A DNA stretch of 64,000 nt from IMG/VR virus record IMGVR_UViG_3300037515_000354, positions 5,362 through 69,361 of that record. The stretch is one strand, 5' to 3'. The DNA comes from a virus. Taxonomy: Duplodnaviria > Caudoviricetes. The notes under the pieces were generated by a model. It was not told the DNA's origin and ran no database searches. It saw nothing but the letters and a program-made list of their open reading frames with translations. How positions within the stretch are numbered: position 1 is the first letter of the stretch; each line of letters begins with the position of its first letter. Both the position numbers and the translations under genes were made by a program. Shown here piece after piece: positions 18,253 through 27,250 of this stretch.

Positions 18253-18801
18253 ATGACGACAGAGCAGAGCCCGCTCGACTTCCTCATGCAGGGAAGCTCG
18301 GTCGGCGCGCAGTTCCCCAAGGTCGGACACAGCTACTCCGGCACCATCGTCCAGATCGGCAAGGCCCGGCAGCAGACGGACCTGTCCACCAAGCAGCCGA
18401 AGTTCTTCGACGACGGCGTGACTCCCCGCATGCAGGTGCCGGTCACCCTGGCCACCGACGCGCGCGGAAAGTTCGTCCGCGAGGACAACAGCTCACCGTG
18501 GGAACTCCAGGACATCCCGGACGACGACGGCGTCCGTACCCTCTGGGTCGCGGCCGACATGCAGCGTGCCATCCGCGACGCGGTGGTGCAGGCCCGCAAG
18601 GACCACGGACTCAGTCCCGAACAGCTCAAGGGACCGGAGGTGGGCGGTCATCTCACCGTGACGCGTACCAAGTCCAAGGCCGCGAAGAAGGCCGGATGGT
18701 CCGGCCAGCACACCTTCGAGGCCGTCTACGTGCCGAAGGCCGCGAACGCGGGCGCCGACTCGATCATGGATGACCGCGACCCGTTCAGCAAGTCCGAGTA
18801 G
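18253..18801 (+). CDS. Putative single-stranded DNA-binding protein (actinophage type)
   Basis: FPKVGHSYSGTIV...QQTD...PKFFDDG..RMQVPVTL; acidic DDRDPF C-terminus; recombination neighbourhood. Confidence 0.7.
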   Translation: MTTEQSPLDFLMQGSSVGAQFPKVGHSYSGTIVQIGKARQQTDLSTKQPKFFDDGVTPRMQVPVTLATDARGKFVREDNSSPWELQDIPDDDGVRTLWVAADMQRAIRDAVVQARKDHGLSPEQLKGPEVGGHLTVTRTKSKAAKKAGWSGQHTFEAVYVPKAANAGADSIMDDRDPFSKSE

Positions 18802-18813
18802 CACACCCGGTCG

Positions 18814-18851
18814 TCAGCCCCCTACCGGAACCGAAGCCGGTGGGGGGCTGA
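18814..18851 (+). terminator. Imperfect hairpin after the SSB gene
   Basis: TCAGCCCC..ACCGG loop CCGGT..GGGGCTGA. Confidence 0.5.
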
Positions 18852-18973
18852 CTTACAGACAGGGTCCGGCACGGGGCACAACCGGTCCGCAGGACGTACG
18901 GGGGACCGGGGCGGGCCGCCGCGTAGGGCCACCTCCCACAATCGCGCCAGAGTGGCGCACAGGGATCTGAATC

Positions 18974-19261
18974 ATGAAAGCAGCGGTCATGACAGGAAAG
19001 CGAGCAGCACGGAAGGGCGACCCGTCGGAGAACATCGCACAGGCGCAGTACTGGCAGTCGATCAAGAACAAGTACCTCGCCGCTGGTCTCTGCAACGGAT
19101 GCTCCGGGCAGGCCGCGTACGGCCATCAGCTCGGGTTCAGCCGGGTGCACGATCCGTGTTCCGCGTGCCGTGGCATACAGGTGCCGGTCTCCCTGACCTA
19201 CCGGCACGGTGGCTGGGGGCAGCTCTGGCTCGACGACCACTTCGTCAAGGACGTGGGCTGA
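18974..19261 (+). CDS. Hypothetical zinc-binding protein
   Basis: CNGC...CSAC. Confidence 0.65.
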   Translation: MKAAVMTGKRAARKGDPSENIAQAQYWQSIKNKYLAAGLCNGCSGQAAYGHQLGFSRVHDPCSACRGIQVPVSLTYRHGGWGQLWLDDHFVKDVG

Positions 19262-19263
19262 CC

Positions 19264-19539
19264 ATGACCACCGACCGGCCGCGCGGCGGACGCCGCCCCG
19301 AGGAATTCCCGGAAGCGCGTGCGCGTGACGCGAAGATCATCGATCTGCTCCGCACGTACGGCGGGATGACCAGAAACGATCTCGCTACGAATCTGTACCT
19401 GGACGACCGCCCGAAGCTGGTCACCTACGCGCTGCACCGGCTCCGGCTCCGGGGCCTGGTGCACCACATCCCCAAAGGAAACGAGGGTCACGGTGTATGG
19501 GCCGTGACTGCCAAGGCACGACAGGAGCGAGGAGCATGA
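19264..19539 (+). CDS. Winged-helix DNA-binding protein
   Basis: IIDLLRTYGGMTRNDLA...VTYALHRLRLRGLV. Confidence 0.7.
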   Translation: MTTDRPRGGRRPEEFPEARARDAKIIDLLRTYGGMTRNDLATNLYLDDRPKLVTYALHRLRLRGLVHHIPKGNEGHGVWAVTAKARQERGA

Positions 19540-20030
19540 ACATGGTCAACTTGGGCCCGCTCTCATGCGGGGCATGGCTGGAGGTGTCCACCGCCGAGGG
19601 CCGCCGCCGTATCTGTGTGCTGGCCGCCGGTCACTACCGGGAGACCGAGGGACCGGCCGTCGGCGAGAATCCGTCCTGGCACACCGACTGTCTGGGGGCG
19701 GAACGAGCGTCCGAGCCGCTGGAAGGTCGCCACGGACTCAACCGCGAGGTACGTTGCGACGGCCGCGCGTGCTCCGTGTGGGCCGACTGGGCTGACGGAG
19801 CACACCCGTCCGAGGCGCCGGTCATGTCGTTCATGGAGAGCGTGATCCGCGCCGCTTCGGACGGCCCGGTCATGCCGCCGGTGGAGCTTCCGGCCTACGT
19901 GGCCAACGTGTCGTTCGACACGGCCGACGGGGAGCGCGTGGTGTCCGCCACGCTGTACGGTCCGGCGGAATTCCTGGCCACGGCCGTCGGTTCGATCACG
20001 GAAGCGTTCCGGGACGAGGTGGAGAAGTGA
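19536..20030 (+). CDS. Hypothetical protein
   Basis: GAGG RBS, ATGA overlap. Confidence 0.6.
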   Translation: MNMVNLGPLSCGAWLEVSTAEGRRRICVLAAGHYRETEGPAVGENPSWHTDCLGAERASEPLEGRHGLNREVRCDGRACSVWADWADGAHPSEAPVMSFMESVIRAASDGPVMPPVELPAYVANVSFDTADGERVVSATLYGPAEFLATAVGSITEAFRDEVEK

Positions 20031-20356
20031 GGTGGCTACGGATCTTCCAGCGCAAGTCGCCGGTTCTGCCTGTCCAGTTGCTCACCGTGGAGGAGCCGTT
20101 CAGCCACGAGGAGCTACAGCGGATCTTCGACAAGAACCGGAACGCGACCGGTACGTCGTACCGGGTCGGCACTCATCCGTCCGGCGGTCCGCTTCCGGTG
20201 GAGGCTCAGGTGTTCCTCCGCGTCATGGGCGAGGATCTGTCCGGCGCGCGGAACCTGCTCCGAGGCATGCCCCCCACGGAACGGGCGATCTTGCTGTTCT
20301 GGATAGAGCAGATGGCCGGACTCGTGTACGAAGTCGAAGAGCGGGAGGGTATCTGA
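20027..20356 (+). CDS. Hypothetical protein
   Basis: GTGA overlap. Confidence 0.6.
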   Translation: MRWLRIFQRKSPVLPVQLLTVEEPFSHEELQRIFDKNRNATGTSYRVGTHPSGGPLPVEAQVFLRVMGEDLSGARNLLRGMPPTERAILLFWIEQMAGLVYEVEEREGI

Positions 20357-20358
20357 TC

Positions 20359-21054
20359 ATGGCTAGGTACCACACCACGGGCAGGGCCGTGTGCAATGTC
20401 CAGTGCGGGAAGTGGATCTACGGAACCCCGGACAGGGAGTTCGTACCCGACGGGTCGTACGACTTTCACCGGAAGTACAGTCCCGGCTCCCCGTTCATCG
20501 TTTTCAAACCGATCGTTCATCGCTCGTGGCTATCGCGCGCCGTACTCCGCGTCCGGCGTTCCCGTTGGATCGAGGTGGACGTTCCGGCGAGTGGGGGTTC
20601 TGGAGACGGCCATTGGAACCAGAAGTGGCGCGTGTCCGTGACGAAGTGCAGGGGTGAGACGGACACAGACATCCTCGACGGTGCGTACGAGCACGTGCGC
20701 AACGAACTGAAGATCATTGAGACGCTGATCCAATGGCGCCGGGACATCCCCGTTGCAACGCGTCCCGTTGCATGGTCGTACCGTCTCCCGGACGGGACGC
20801 ACCCCCCGGTCGTGTATTTCATGCGCAACGGAACGCGCGTCAAGATCGGTACGACGTCTCACATACGCAACAGGGTGCGGCGTCTTGCGTTGCGTCCCGA
20901 AAACGTTGCACTCATTACCCCGGGGGACCGGGACGCGGAGCACGCGTTTCACCAGCGTTTCGCAACGTACCGGGTCGGAGACACCGAGTGGTTCGACGAG
21001 ACGGGGACGCTCCGCGATTTCATCGAGACGGAGAGGCTGGGACAGCGGTCATGA
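20359..21054 (+). CDS. Protein with C-terminal GIY-YIG-like (T5orf172/MUG113) domain
   Basis: VVYFMRNGTRVKIGTTS..RNRVRRL...EHAFHQRFATYRVGDTEWF. Confidence 0.75.
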   Translation: MARYHTTGRAVCNVQCGKWIYGTPDREFVPDGSYDFHRKYSPGSPFIVFKPIVHRSWLSRAVLRVRRSRWIEVDVPASGGSGDGHWNQKWRVSVTKCRGETDTDILDGAYEHVRNELKIIETLIQWRRDIPVATRPVAWSYRLPDGTHPPVVYFMRNGTRVKIGTTSHIRNRVRRLALRPENVALITPGDRDAEHAFHQRFATYRVGDTEWFDETGTLRDFIETERLGQRS

Positions 21055-21860
21055 GCACTGAGAAGAAGACCGACAAGGCTCTGAAGTGGATCGAGTGGCT
21101 GCCCCGTGCGGGATGGCCCGTCGTAGCGGTGATCGTCATGGTGATGTGTGCCCCCGGTGAACACGCTCTGGCCGTGCTGGCCGGTTGGGAGGAGCACCTT
21201 GCGTGGGGCATGCCTGCCTGCCTGGTCGCGTACGCGGGCATCGCGGCGTCCGTGGCTACCAGGCGCAGTAAGGGTGCCCAGGGACGGGCCACGGCCATCG
21301 TGGGCGCGTTCACGTCACTCGCCGCTGCCATGGCCGCGCAGCCAGTCAGTCACCTGTTCGTGACCGGCCACTGGGACGCGTCTCCGTCCCCGGTGTGGCT
21401 GGTTGTTGCAGTGAGCTGTGTCCCGCCTCTCGTGCTGGGACACCTCATGCACGTTGCGGCGTCTCACGGACGGTCTGCTGAGACTCCCGCCGAAACCGTT
21501 GCAGCCGTGGCTGAGACATCGTCTGACGCAAGTATCGAGTCGCTCCGGGCCCCTCTTGCGGTGCCGAAGAAGCGTCTCACCAAGACTCCGGCCCGTCCCG
21601 CACTGCCTACCCCCGAGACGCCGGATGAGACGAAGACTCTTCTCACCGTTGCAGAGGCCGCAGCCGTTGCGTCTCAGGTACGCGGTGAGACCGTCTCGTC
21701 GTCAACCGTCCGGACGTGGAAACACAGGGGGCGTCTCACTCCCGCGCTCGACGAGGACGGGACGCTGTTCGAGCGGGACGCCGTTGTAGCCGCTGCAACG
21801 CGCAACGGAAAGAACCCGGCACCTGCAACTGACGATCACCACACCACACAGGAGAAGTAG
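21051..21860 (+). CDS. Spd-like membrane protein (DUF2637/SpdA-like) with C-terminal MerR-type HTH
   Basis: About 4 hydrophobic helices, CAPGEHALAVLAGW, VSCVPPLVLGHL; LLTVAEAAAV...TVRTWKHRGRL. Confidence 0.65.
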   Translation: MSTEKKTDKALKWIEWLPRAGWPVVAVIVMVMCAPGEHALAVLAGWEEHLAWGMPACLVAYAGIAASVATRRSKGAQGRATAIVGAFTSLAAAMAAQPVSHLFVTGHWDASPSPVWLVVAVSCVPPLVLGHLMHVAASHGRSAETPAETVAAVAETSSDASIESLRAPLAVPKKRLTKTPARPALPTPETPDETKTLLTVAEAAAVASQVRGETVSSSTVRTWKHRGRLTPALDEDGTLFERDAVVAAATRNGKNPAPATDDHHTTQEK

Positions 21861-21863
21861 ATC

Positions 21864-22397
21864 ATGACCACACCCGTCAAGAAGACCGCCGCACCGCGCA
21901 AGACCGCCGCCCGCAAGACCGCTGCACCGGCCGCACCGTCCTCCCCGCCGGGGACGCCGGTGAGCCAGGGCAACACACAAATGCACCGCCGGGGCCGGGG
22001 CCAGTTCGCCGCGTGGGCCGACTCGGTGCAGAACCTGGACATCACCACGGTCGACGAACTGTACGAGTTCTGCGAGGACACCCGTACCTTCTGCCAGGAG
22101 GCATCCTCCCTGCTTGAGGTGCTGGCCAAGCAGTTCGACCACAACCTCAAGCTGACCGAGAAGAAGAAAGACAGCAAGTGGTCGTGGCTGGGGGTCTCGT
22201 TCGGGGGCCGGTTCAAGAAGCCGGTCAAGGAGCTGCACAAGGTCAGCGATTCGTTCGAGGCCGCCGCGAAGCACGCGTACGCCTGCTGGATCGAGTACGA
22301 GAAGGCGTCCCTCGAAATGCAGGAAGAGGTACGTGCCGCAGAGATCGCGGCCCGTCACGGCAACAAGGGCGCAGGGGGTTTCGATCATGACTTCTGA
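21864..22397 (+). CDS. TraA-like protein upstream of TraB
   Basis: Helical protein directly 5' of the FtsK-like gene, as in Streptomyces plasmid tra loci (positional inference). Confidence 0.45.
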   Translation: MTTPVKKTAAPRKTAARKTAAPAAPSSPPGTPVSQGNTQMHRRGRGQFAAWADSVQNLDITTVDELYEFCEDTRTFCQEASSLLEVLAKQFDHNLKLTEKKKDSKWSWLGVSFGGRFKKPVKELHKVSDSFEAAAKHAYACWIEYEKASLEMQEEVRAAEIAARHGNKGAGGFDHDF

Positions 22398-24474
22398 GGA
22401 CATGCCCAGCGCCACCGGGGGACAGCGCAGGGGAGGGACACGCCGCGTCAACATCAACCGGAGGACAAGTGACACAGGTGACAGGCTCATGCCCTACCTT
22501 GTCCCGGTGGCGCTGTGTCTGTCCGCCATGCCGGTGTCCTTGATCGGACACTGGCAGTGGGGTGACGACCCGCTCATGGTCGCCCTCATGTCCCTCGCGT
22601 CCGCCGGTCTGTCTCTGTTCACCTACTCGACGTGGGGAACACGGCGCCGGACAACGAGGACAACGGCCGCCGTGTTCGTCCTCGCCGTGTCCCTGTGGAT
22701 GACGTTCGCCGTGGCGACGGATCCGTTGTCCCCCGCGATGCTGAACGCGTGGATATACGGCACCGTTGTCCTGTCCGCCGCGTGGGGCATCCGTCACGCG
22801 TCCATGTCCCGTCACCACGAGGAGGACATCGCGGACGGACCGAAGGACACGTTCCTTGACCGGCTCGGGGGGCTGTTCGAGTCCCTGTCCGCCAAGGAGA
22901 TCAAGAGCCACGGGAACCGGATCACCGCCGAGTACGCCATACCTCCGGGTTCCGCCACGGTGGGCGACGTCCAGGCGGAGCTGAAGCGCGTGGCCGGTGC
23001 TCTCGAAGTGCCGGTGTCCGCCGTGACGATCACGGAGTCCAAGCCCAACCACGTGATTTTCTCGGTCCAGCCGGGCGACCCGCTCGGTTCCGGCCCGGTC
23101 ATGTGGCGCGGCCCGTCTCTGCCCGGCCGGTCCGTGGCCGATGGACCGCTCAGGTTCGGGTGGCGCATGAATGACACCCCGGTCGGCTTGTGGGTGTGCG
23201 GAGACGAACGGCTCGACCGCCAGCTCTCTCACATGCTCGACGTCGGCATGACCGGTTCCGGGAAGTCCGAGACCCTGTCGACGATCATCATCGAGGGCCG
23301 GTCGCGTGTCGACTTCGTGCCCGTGGTGGCCGACCCCAGGAAGTTCGACCAGGCGTACGGTGACATCGCCGACACCCTCGCCCTGTCAGCGGCTGACGAG
23401 GAGCAGACACTACGCCTGATCAGCAATTTCCCCGCTGTCGCCGCGTACCGGGCCAAGCTGCTCGGATCACTGACAAGGGCTGACGGGGGCCGTGGTTACA
23501 AGCAGTGGGTCCCCGAGTGCTGGACCCTGCACAAGATCCCGCTCGTTTTCATGGTGATCGACGAGGCCGCTTCGGTGATCTCCCGGAACGACGAGTTCAA
23601 CGACGGCGTACGGCTCTTCAGGTCCCTGGGGATCTTCATGGTGGCCGGTCTTCAGACCGCCATCGGCTCGGACATCGACCGCAAGATCAGGGACCAGTTC
23701 GGCCAGGCACTCGCGCACGGTTGCAAGTCCCCGCTCGACGCCGGGTTCGTCCTCACGGACGGCACCCTCGCCGCCGGGGCCGACCCCACAAAGTGGCAGG
23801 CCAACAAAGCGGGCGCGTTGTTCGCCGAGCTGACCGGCACCCCCAAGGACCAGTGGCACCTGGAATGCCGGGCCTTCCTCACGGACCACCCGGACGACCG
23901 CACCGTGAAGCGCCGCGCGCTCGAAGCATCCCGCCCCACCTGGGCCGTGCTCGACGAGGGCACCGCCTTCCACCTCGGACGGGGCCTGACCATGCCGGAC
24001 AGTGCGCTTCCGATCAAGGGCGCCTTCACCCCGGTCACCATGCCCGAGACAACCGCACCGGTCGAGCCCGAGACCCGCACCAGGAGCGAACACGCCCCGC
24101 CCATGGACGAGGAGTATGAGCACGTGGACATCACACAGAAGATCCCCCGGAACCCCGCGCTGGTCAGCGAGGCGTTCGAATCCGACCGACCGGCCGAGCC
24201 GTGGCCCCAGGCTGAAGCGCAGGAAGCCTTTGATCTACGGCTGGAAACCCTCGTGGCCGACGATTACGACACGGTCCGGCTGGTCGACTTCAGCGACGTT
24301 ATCGCCGAGGTGGGCCGTTCCCGTGCATGGGGATACGACCAGCTCACCCGGCTCGAACGACAGGGAGTGATCAAGTCGGACCCTACCGGAAGCCGCGCCT
24401 ACCGGGTTGTCACCGATCGTCATCCCCGTGTCACCAGCCTGAGTCACGGGATAAACGGGGCGGAAGTGATCTAG
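22387..24474 (+). CDS. traB: TraB-like FtsK/SpoIIIE DNA translocase
   Basis: N-terminal TM helices, Walker A GMTGSGKS, Walker B MVIDEAA, RSLGIFMVAGLQ, C-terminal winged helix GRSRAWGYDQLTRLERQG. Confidence 0.78.
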   Translation: MTSEDMPSATGGQRRGGTRRVNINRRTSDTGDRLMPYLVPVALCLSAMPVSLIGHWQWGDDPLMVALMSLASAGLSLFTYSTWGTRRRTTRTTAAVFVLAVSLWMTFAVATDPLSPAMLNAWIYGTVVLSAAWGIRHASMSRHHEEDIADGPKDTFLDRLGGLFESLSAKEIKSHGNRITAEYAIPPGSATVGDVQAELKRVAGALEVPVSAVTITESKPNHVIFSVQPGDPLGSGPVMWRGPSLPGRSVADGPLRFGWRMNDTPVGLWVCGDERLDRQLSHMLDVGMTGSGKSETLSTIIIEGRSRVDFVPVVADPRKFDQAYGDIADTLALSAADEEQTLRLISNFPAVAAYRAKLLGSLTRADGGRGYKQWVPECWTLHKIPLVFMVIDEAASVISRNDEFNDGVRLFRSLGIFMVAGLQTAIGSDIDRKIRDQFGQALAHGCKSPLDAGFVLTDGTLAAGADPTKWQANKAGALFAELTGTPKDQWHLECRAFLTDHPDDRTVKRRALEASRPTWAVLDEGTAFHLGRGLTMPDSALPIKGAFTPVTMPETTAPVEPETRTRSEHAPPMDEEYEHVDITQKIPRNPALVSEAFESDRPAEPWPQAEAQEAFDLRLETLVADDYDTVRLVDFSDVIAEVGRSRAWGYDQLTRLERQGVIKSDPTGSRAYRVVTDRHPRVTSLSHGINGAEVI

Positions 24475-24480
24475 GGGGGC

Positions 24481-24586
24481 GTGTCAGTGGGTGTTTGTCA
24501 GCCCTTGTCACACCCGCCGACACGGCCTCCCACCTGTATATCCGCGTTCTGATATCCACGGCTGACACCGTCCGGCCGTGTCACAC
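24481..24586. repeat. Cluster of six TGTCA/GACA-type short repeats downstream of traB (clt-like candidate)
   Basis: gtgtcag 24481, ttgtcag 24495, ttgtcac 24505, ccgacac 24517, ctgacac 24562, gtgtcac 24578. Confidence 0.45.
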
Positions 24587-24606
24587 CACCAACGGAGGAG
24601 ATCCAC

Positions 24607-24858
24607 ATGAAGACTGCACGGCTCGACAAGATCGTGAAAGAGGTCATCTGGTGGACCCATGCTCTCGTCGCCCTGCCCTTGATCTACTTGGGCGCTGGAC
24701 TCGTCCCGGGTGACCGGGTCAACCTGAACGTGATCGGATCACTGATCATTATGGCGGTGTTCGTCGCCCTTGATCTGGCGATCACCGTTCCGTGCTCAGC
24801 ATGGCGCCGGAAGATCACGCGTCCCGTTCTCGCGCCGGTCCACCGGAGCGAGTGGTGA
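24607..24858 (+). CDS. Small two-TM membrane protein (Spd-like)
   Basis: GGAGGAG RBS; two hydrophobic helices. Confidence 0.7.
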   Translation: MKTARLDKIVKEVIWWTHALVALPLIYLGAGLVPGDRVNLNVIGSLIIMAVFVALDLAITVPCSAWRRKITRPVLAPVHRSEW

Positions 24859-24959
24859 GGCGTCGGGCGTACAACCGGGTCAAGCTCATCGTGATCGTCC
24901 TCAGCTTCCTGGCCGCCGTTCTGATCGCGGACGCCATGGAACTGACCAACCACCCGTAG
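24855..24959 (+). CDS. 34-aa single-TM peptide
   Basis: GTGA overlap; LIVIVLSFLAAVLIA. Confidence 0.5.
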   Translation: MRRRAYNRVKLIVIVLSFLAAVLIADAMELTNHP

Positions 24960-24967
24960 GGGACACC

Positions 24968-25375
24968 GTGAACGACCGTAAGAAGGAGCTGAACGTCCGT
25001 AAGGCGGACGAGATCAGCTACCGGCCCAGCGGGCTTCCCGCAGTGCCGGAAGAGACGTACGTGGACCAGCAGGGCCGGGTGATCGAAGTCCGGCACGTGC
25101 AGAGCCCGCCGGAGTACCGGGGGGATGATCTTCTCCGGCGGTTCGTACCGTATTTCGTACTGGCGACCATGAGTATGATCCTTCTCGGCGCACTGCTCGC
25201 GCTGCTCGGTATGATCATTCCCCCGCTGCTCGCACTGGTGATCACTCTCGTAGGCTCGCTGGTGTCGATCATCCTCAGCCTGGTCGTAACGATCATTGCG
25301 GGGGTGGTCGCTGCCGTCGGCATCGGGTACCTCCAGACGATCAATGCGCGGGCCGATTGGGAAAATGATCACTGA
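24968..25375 (+). CDS. Membrane protein with long hydrophobic C-terminus (SpdD-like)
   Basis: Hydrophilic N-terminus then more than 60 hydrophobic residues. Confidence 0.6.
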   Translation: MNDRKKELNVRKADEISYRPSGLPAVPEETYVDQQGRVIEVRHVQSPPEYRGDDLLRRFVPYFVLATMSMILLGALLALLGMIIPPLLALVITLVGSLVSIILSLVVTIIAGVVAAVGIGYLQTINARADWENDH

Positions 25376-25394
25376 GTACAGGAGTTGATCAAGA

Positions 25395-25517
25395 ATGACC
25401 GGACGGCACCGGCGCCGGTCCAGCAAGATCATAGCCACCGTGAAAGGGATGATCCTTTTCACGGTGGCTCTGTTTCTGATCTTGGGAGCGCTTTGGATCT
25501 TCCTGGCGAGCAAATGA
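25395..25517 (+). CDS. 40-aa single-TM peptide
   Basis: GGAG RBS; basic N-terminus plus ILFTVALFLILGALWIFL. Confidence 0.5.
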   Translation: MTGRHRRRSSKIIATVKGMILFTVALFLILGALWIFLASK

Positions 25518-25561
25518 TCTACATGGATATGCGGTGATCAAGGAATGCCCATAATGCCCGA

Positions 25562-25618
25562 TTCGCTCCAACCAATGTTCGTGATCACGCCCCTGACCTG
25601 CACAAATCCCTAACCCAA
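25562..25618 (+). repeat. 57-bp element, inverted copy of 46254..46310 (52/57 identical)
   Basis: Manual alignment. Confidence 0.9.
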
Positions 25619-25733
25619 AGGTCCTGGTACGCGGGCCCCAGGGAGGGGGTTGAGGCCGCCAGACGGACGCACAGGACGTTCATGTAGCACCGTTTGTATC
25701 ATGATTTTATGCATCGTCATGCATGACCACCCG

Positions 25734-25763
25734 AGCCGCCGGTGATCTTCCCGGCGGCTTTTG
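25734..25763 (+). terminator. Intrinsic terminator-like hairpin
   Basis: AGCCGCCGG-tgatcttc-CCGGCGGCT followed by TTT. Confidence 0.65.
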
Positions 25764-26534
25764 ATCTTCCCTTACGCGCGCGCGTAGACACGCGTGCCTG
25801 CCCGCTCCTCAAGATCCAGCAAACTTTTTAAAGAATCTTGCTCTACCCCATTGCGTACCCCCGAACGGGGGAGCTTAATGGAGTCAGTACAACAGCACGG
25901 CGCAGGGAGGGTCCAACCCCCTCCAACCGATCAAGAGTCACCCCGGGTACCTACGGAGACCGGCAAAGGCTCAAGATCACAAGGACCGCCCCGACGGGGG
26001 CGGGCGCCACTCCCCTCCAGGGCCGCGAGGTACAGGGGGGCGGGGACCGGATCTCCGCAAGCAGCATTGCAGCCGGGCCCGGAGTGATCACCGGGTACAC
26101 AAACTGACGATCAAGAGAAGCCTAGCCGCTGGACGAAGGGGCGGGGCCACAAGATCGCCGAGGACATACGGCACTGACGATCTTGAGGAACCAATCCGGA
26201 CGTACTGGAATCCGCGAAGCAACTCGGGTTAATCACCCGGCCAGTAGGCCGCCGATGAAGATCCCCGCCAATCCTCGCGGGTCATACAGCACCGGGCAAC
26301 CGGATGCATACGAGGATCACACGCTTCGCAGGGTCTGCGGTCAAACACCCTGCTACGGCATTGAGGCGGTAGACGCGGCCGGTAGCCGCGACCGAGAGGC
26401 GCCCAGCGGGTTCAACCCCCGCCCCTGCCACTGATCACCGCACGCCAGAAACGATGGGTCAAGGGCCTGGGAAACAGCGGCGCACGGCGGTCCCCCTACA
26501 CCACCCACACCCACACCCACACGAGGAGCCGGTC

Positions 26535-26768
26535 ATGAGCGACACCCGAGAGATCACCGGCAAGGGCTTCACCTACGTAGTCACCCGCCGGTTCCTGAAC
26601 AAGGAGACCGGCCGGATGCGCGTCCGGGTCCGGATCTACCAGGGCATGATCGCTTTCGGCACCCCCAAGGTCAACGAATACCGCGACTACGACAACATGC
26701 ACGACGGCGACGCGAAGTTCCTCGCACACATCAACAAGATCACCGCGCACGTCAACTCGAAGGGCTGA
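26535..26768 (+). CDS. Hypothetical protein
   Basis: GAGGAG RBS. Confidence 0.75.
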   Translation: MSDTREITGKGFTYVVTRRFLNKETGRMRVRVRIYQGMIAFGTPKVNEYRDYDNMHDGDAKFLAHINKITAHVNSKG

Positions 26769-26773
26769 TCATC

Positions 26774-26971
26774 ATGGAGACCAACCAGTACGCGACTGAG
26801 TCCAACACCTCCGTCTGGTACGAGGTGCAGCGCCAGTCCGGCAGCAACTACGGCTGGATCACTCTCTCCGACCACGACACCCGCGAGCAGGCAGAGAGCG
26901 CCATGGATGCCCGGACGGGTTCGGTCGCCGACCCCAGCTACCGGATCCGCCGGGTGCGCGGACAGGCATAA
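26774..26971 (+). CDS. Hypothetical protein
   Basis: Stop TAA abuts hammerhead 1. Confidence 0.7.
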   Translation: METNQYATESNTSVWYEVQRQSGSNYGWITLSDHDTREQAESAMDARTGSVADPSYRIRRVRGQA

Positions 26972-27031
26972 GGCGAAACGCCCCTCGGGGCGTCCGCCGG
27001 GGGTGCCTCCCCGGCGCTGATGAGCCAGGCA
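26972..27031 (+). ncRNA. Type II hammerhead ribozyme 1 (predicted cleavage after C26994)
   Basis: GGC-GAAA-CGCCC/GGGCG-TC-CGCCGGGG/CCCCGGCG-CTGATGA-GCC; loop TGCCT pairs with tail AGGCA. Confidence 0.92.
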
Positions 27032-27051
27032 CACGGACACAGGGAGCGATC

Positions 27052-27246
27052 ATGACCAGCATCAACCAGGGCCCGAACGACGACTACCGCCGCACCGGCC
27101 AACCGGTCACGTACCTCACCGCCGACGGCACCCGGCGGGTGTCCGGCACCGTCCGGTGGGAAGACGCGAACGGCGTCAAGGTGGATGTACCCGGACAGCA
27201 GTTCGGAGCGTACGTGTCCCACGCGTTCGTCACCTTCACACGCTGA
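27052..27246 (+). CDS. Hypothetical protein
   Basis: GGGAG RBS between hammerheads 1 and 2. Confidence 0.75.
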   Translation: MTSINQGPNDDYRRTGQPVTYLTADGTRRVSGTVRWEDANGVKVDVPGQQFGAYVSHAFVTFTR

Positions 27247-27250
27247 TCAA

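Noticed and set aside
26104-26185. CTGACGA motifs at about 26104 and 26174 (and 7465) as extra hammerhead cores
   Set aside because: No correctly placed GAAA or stems II/III could be built.
26497-26523. (CACACC)n and other C/A-rich tracts before RBSs
   Set aside because: Most simply unstructured translation leaders; too short and low-complexity to support more.
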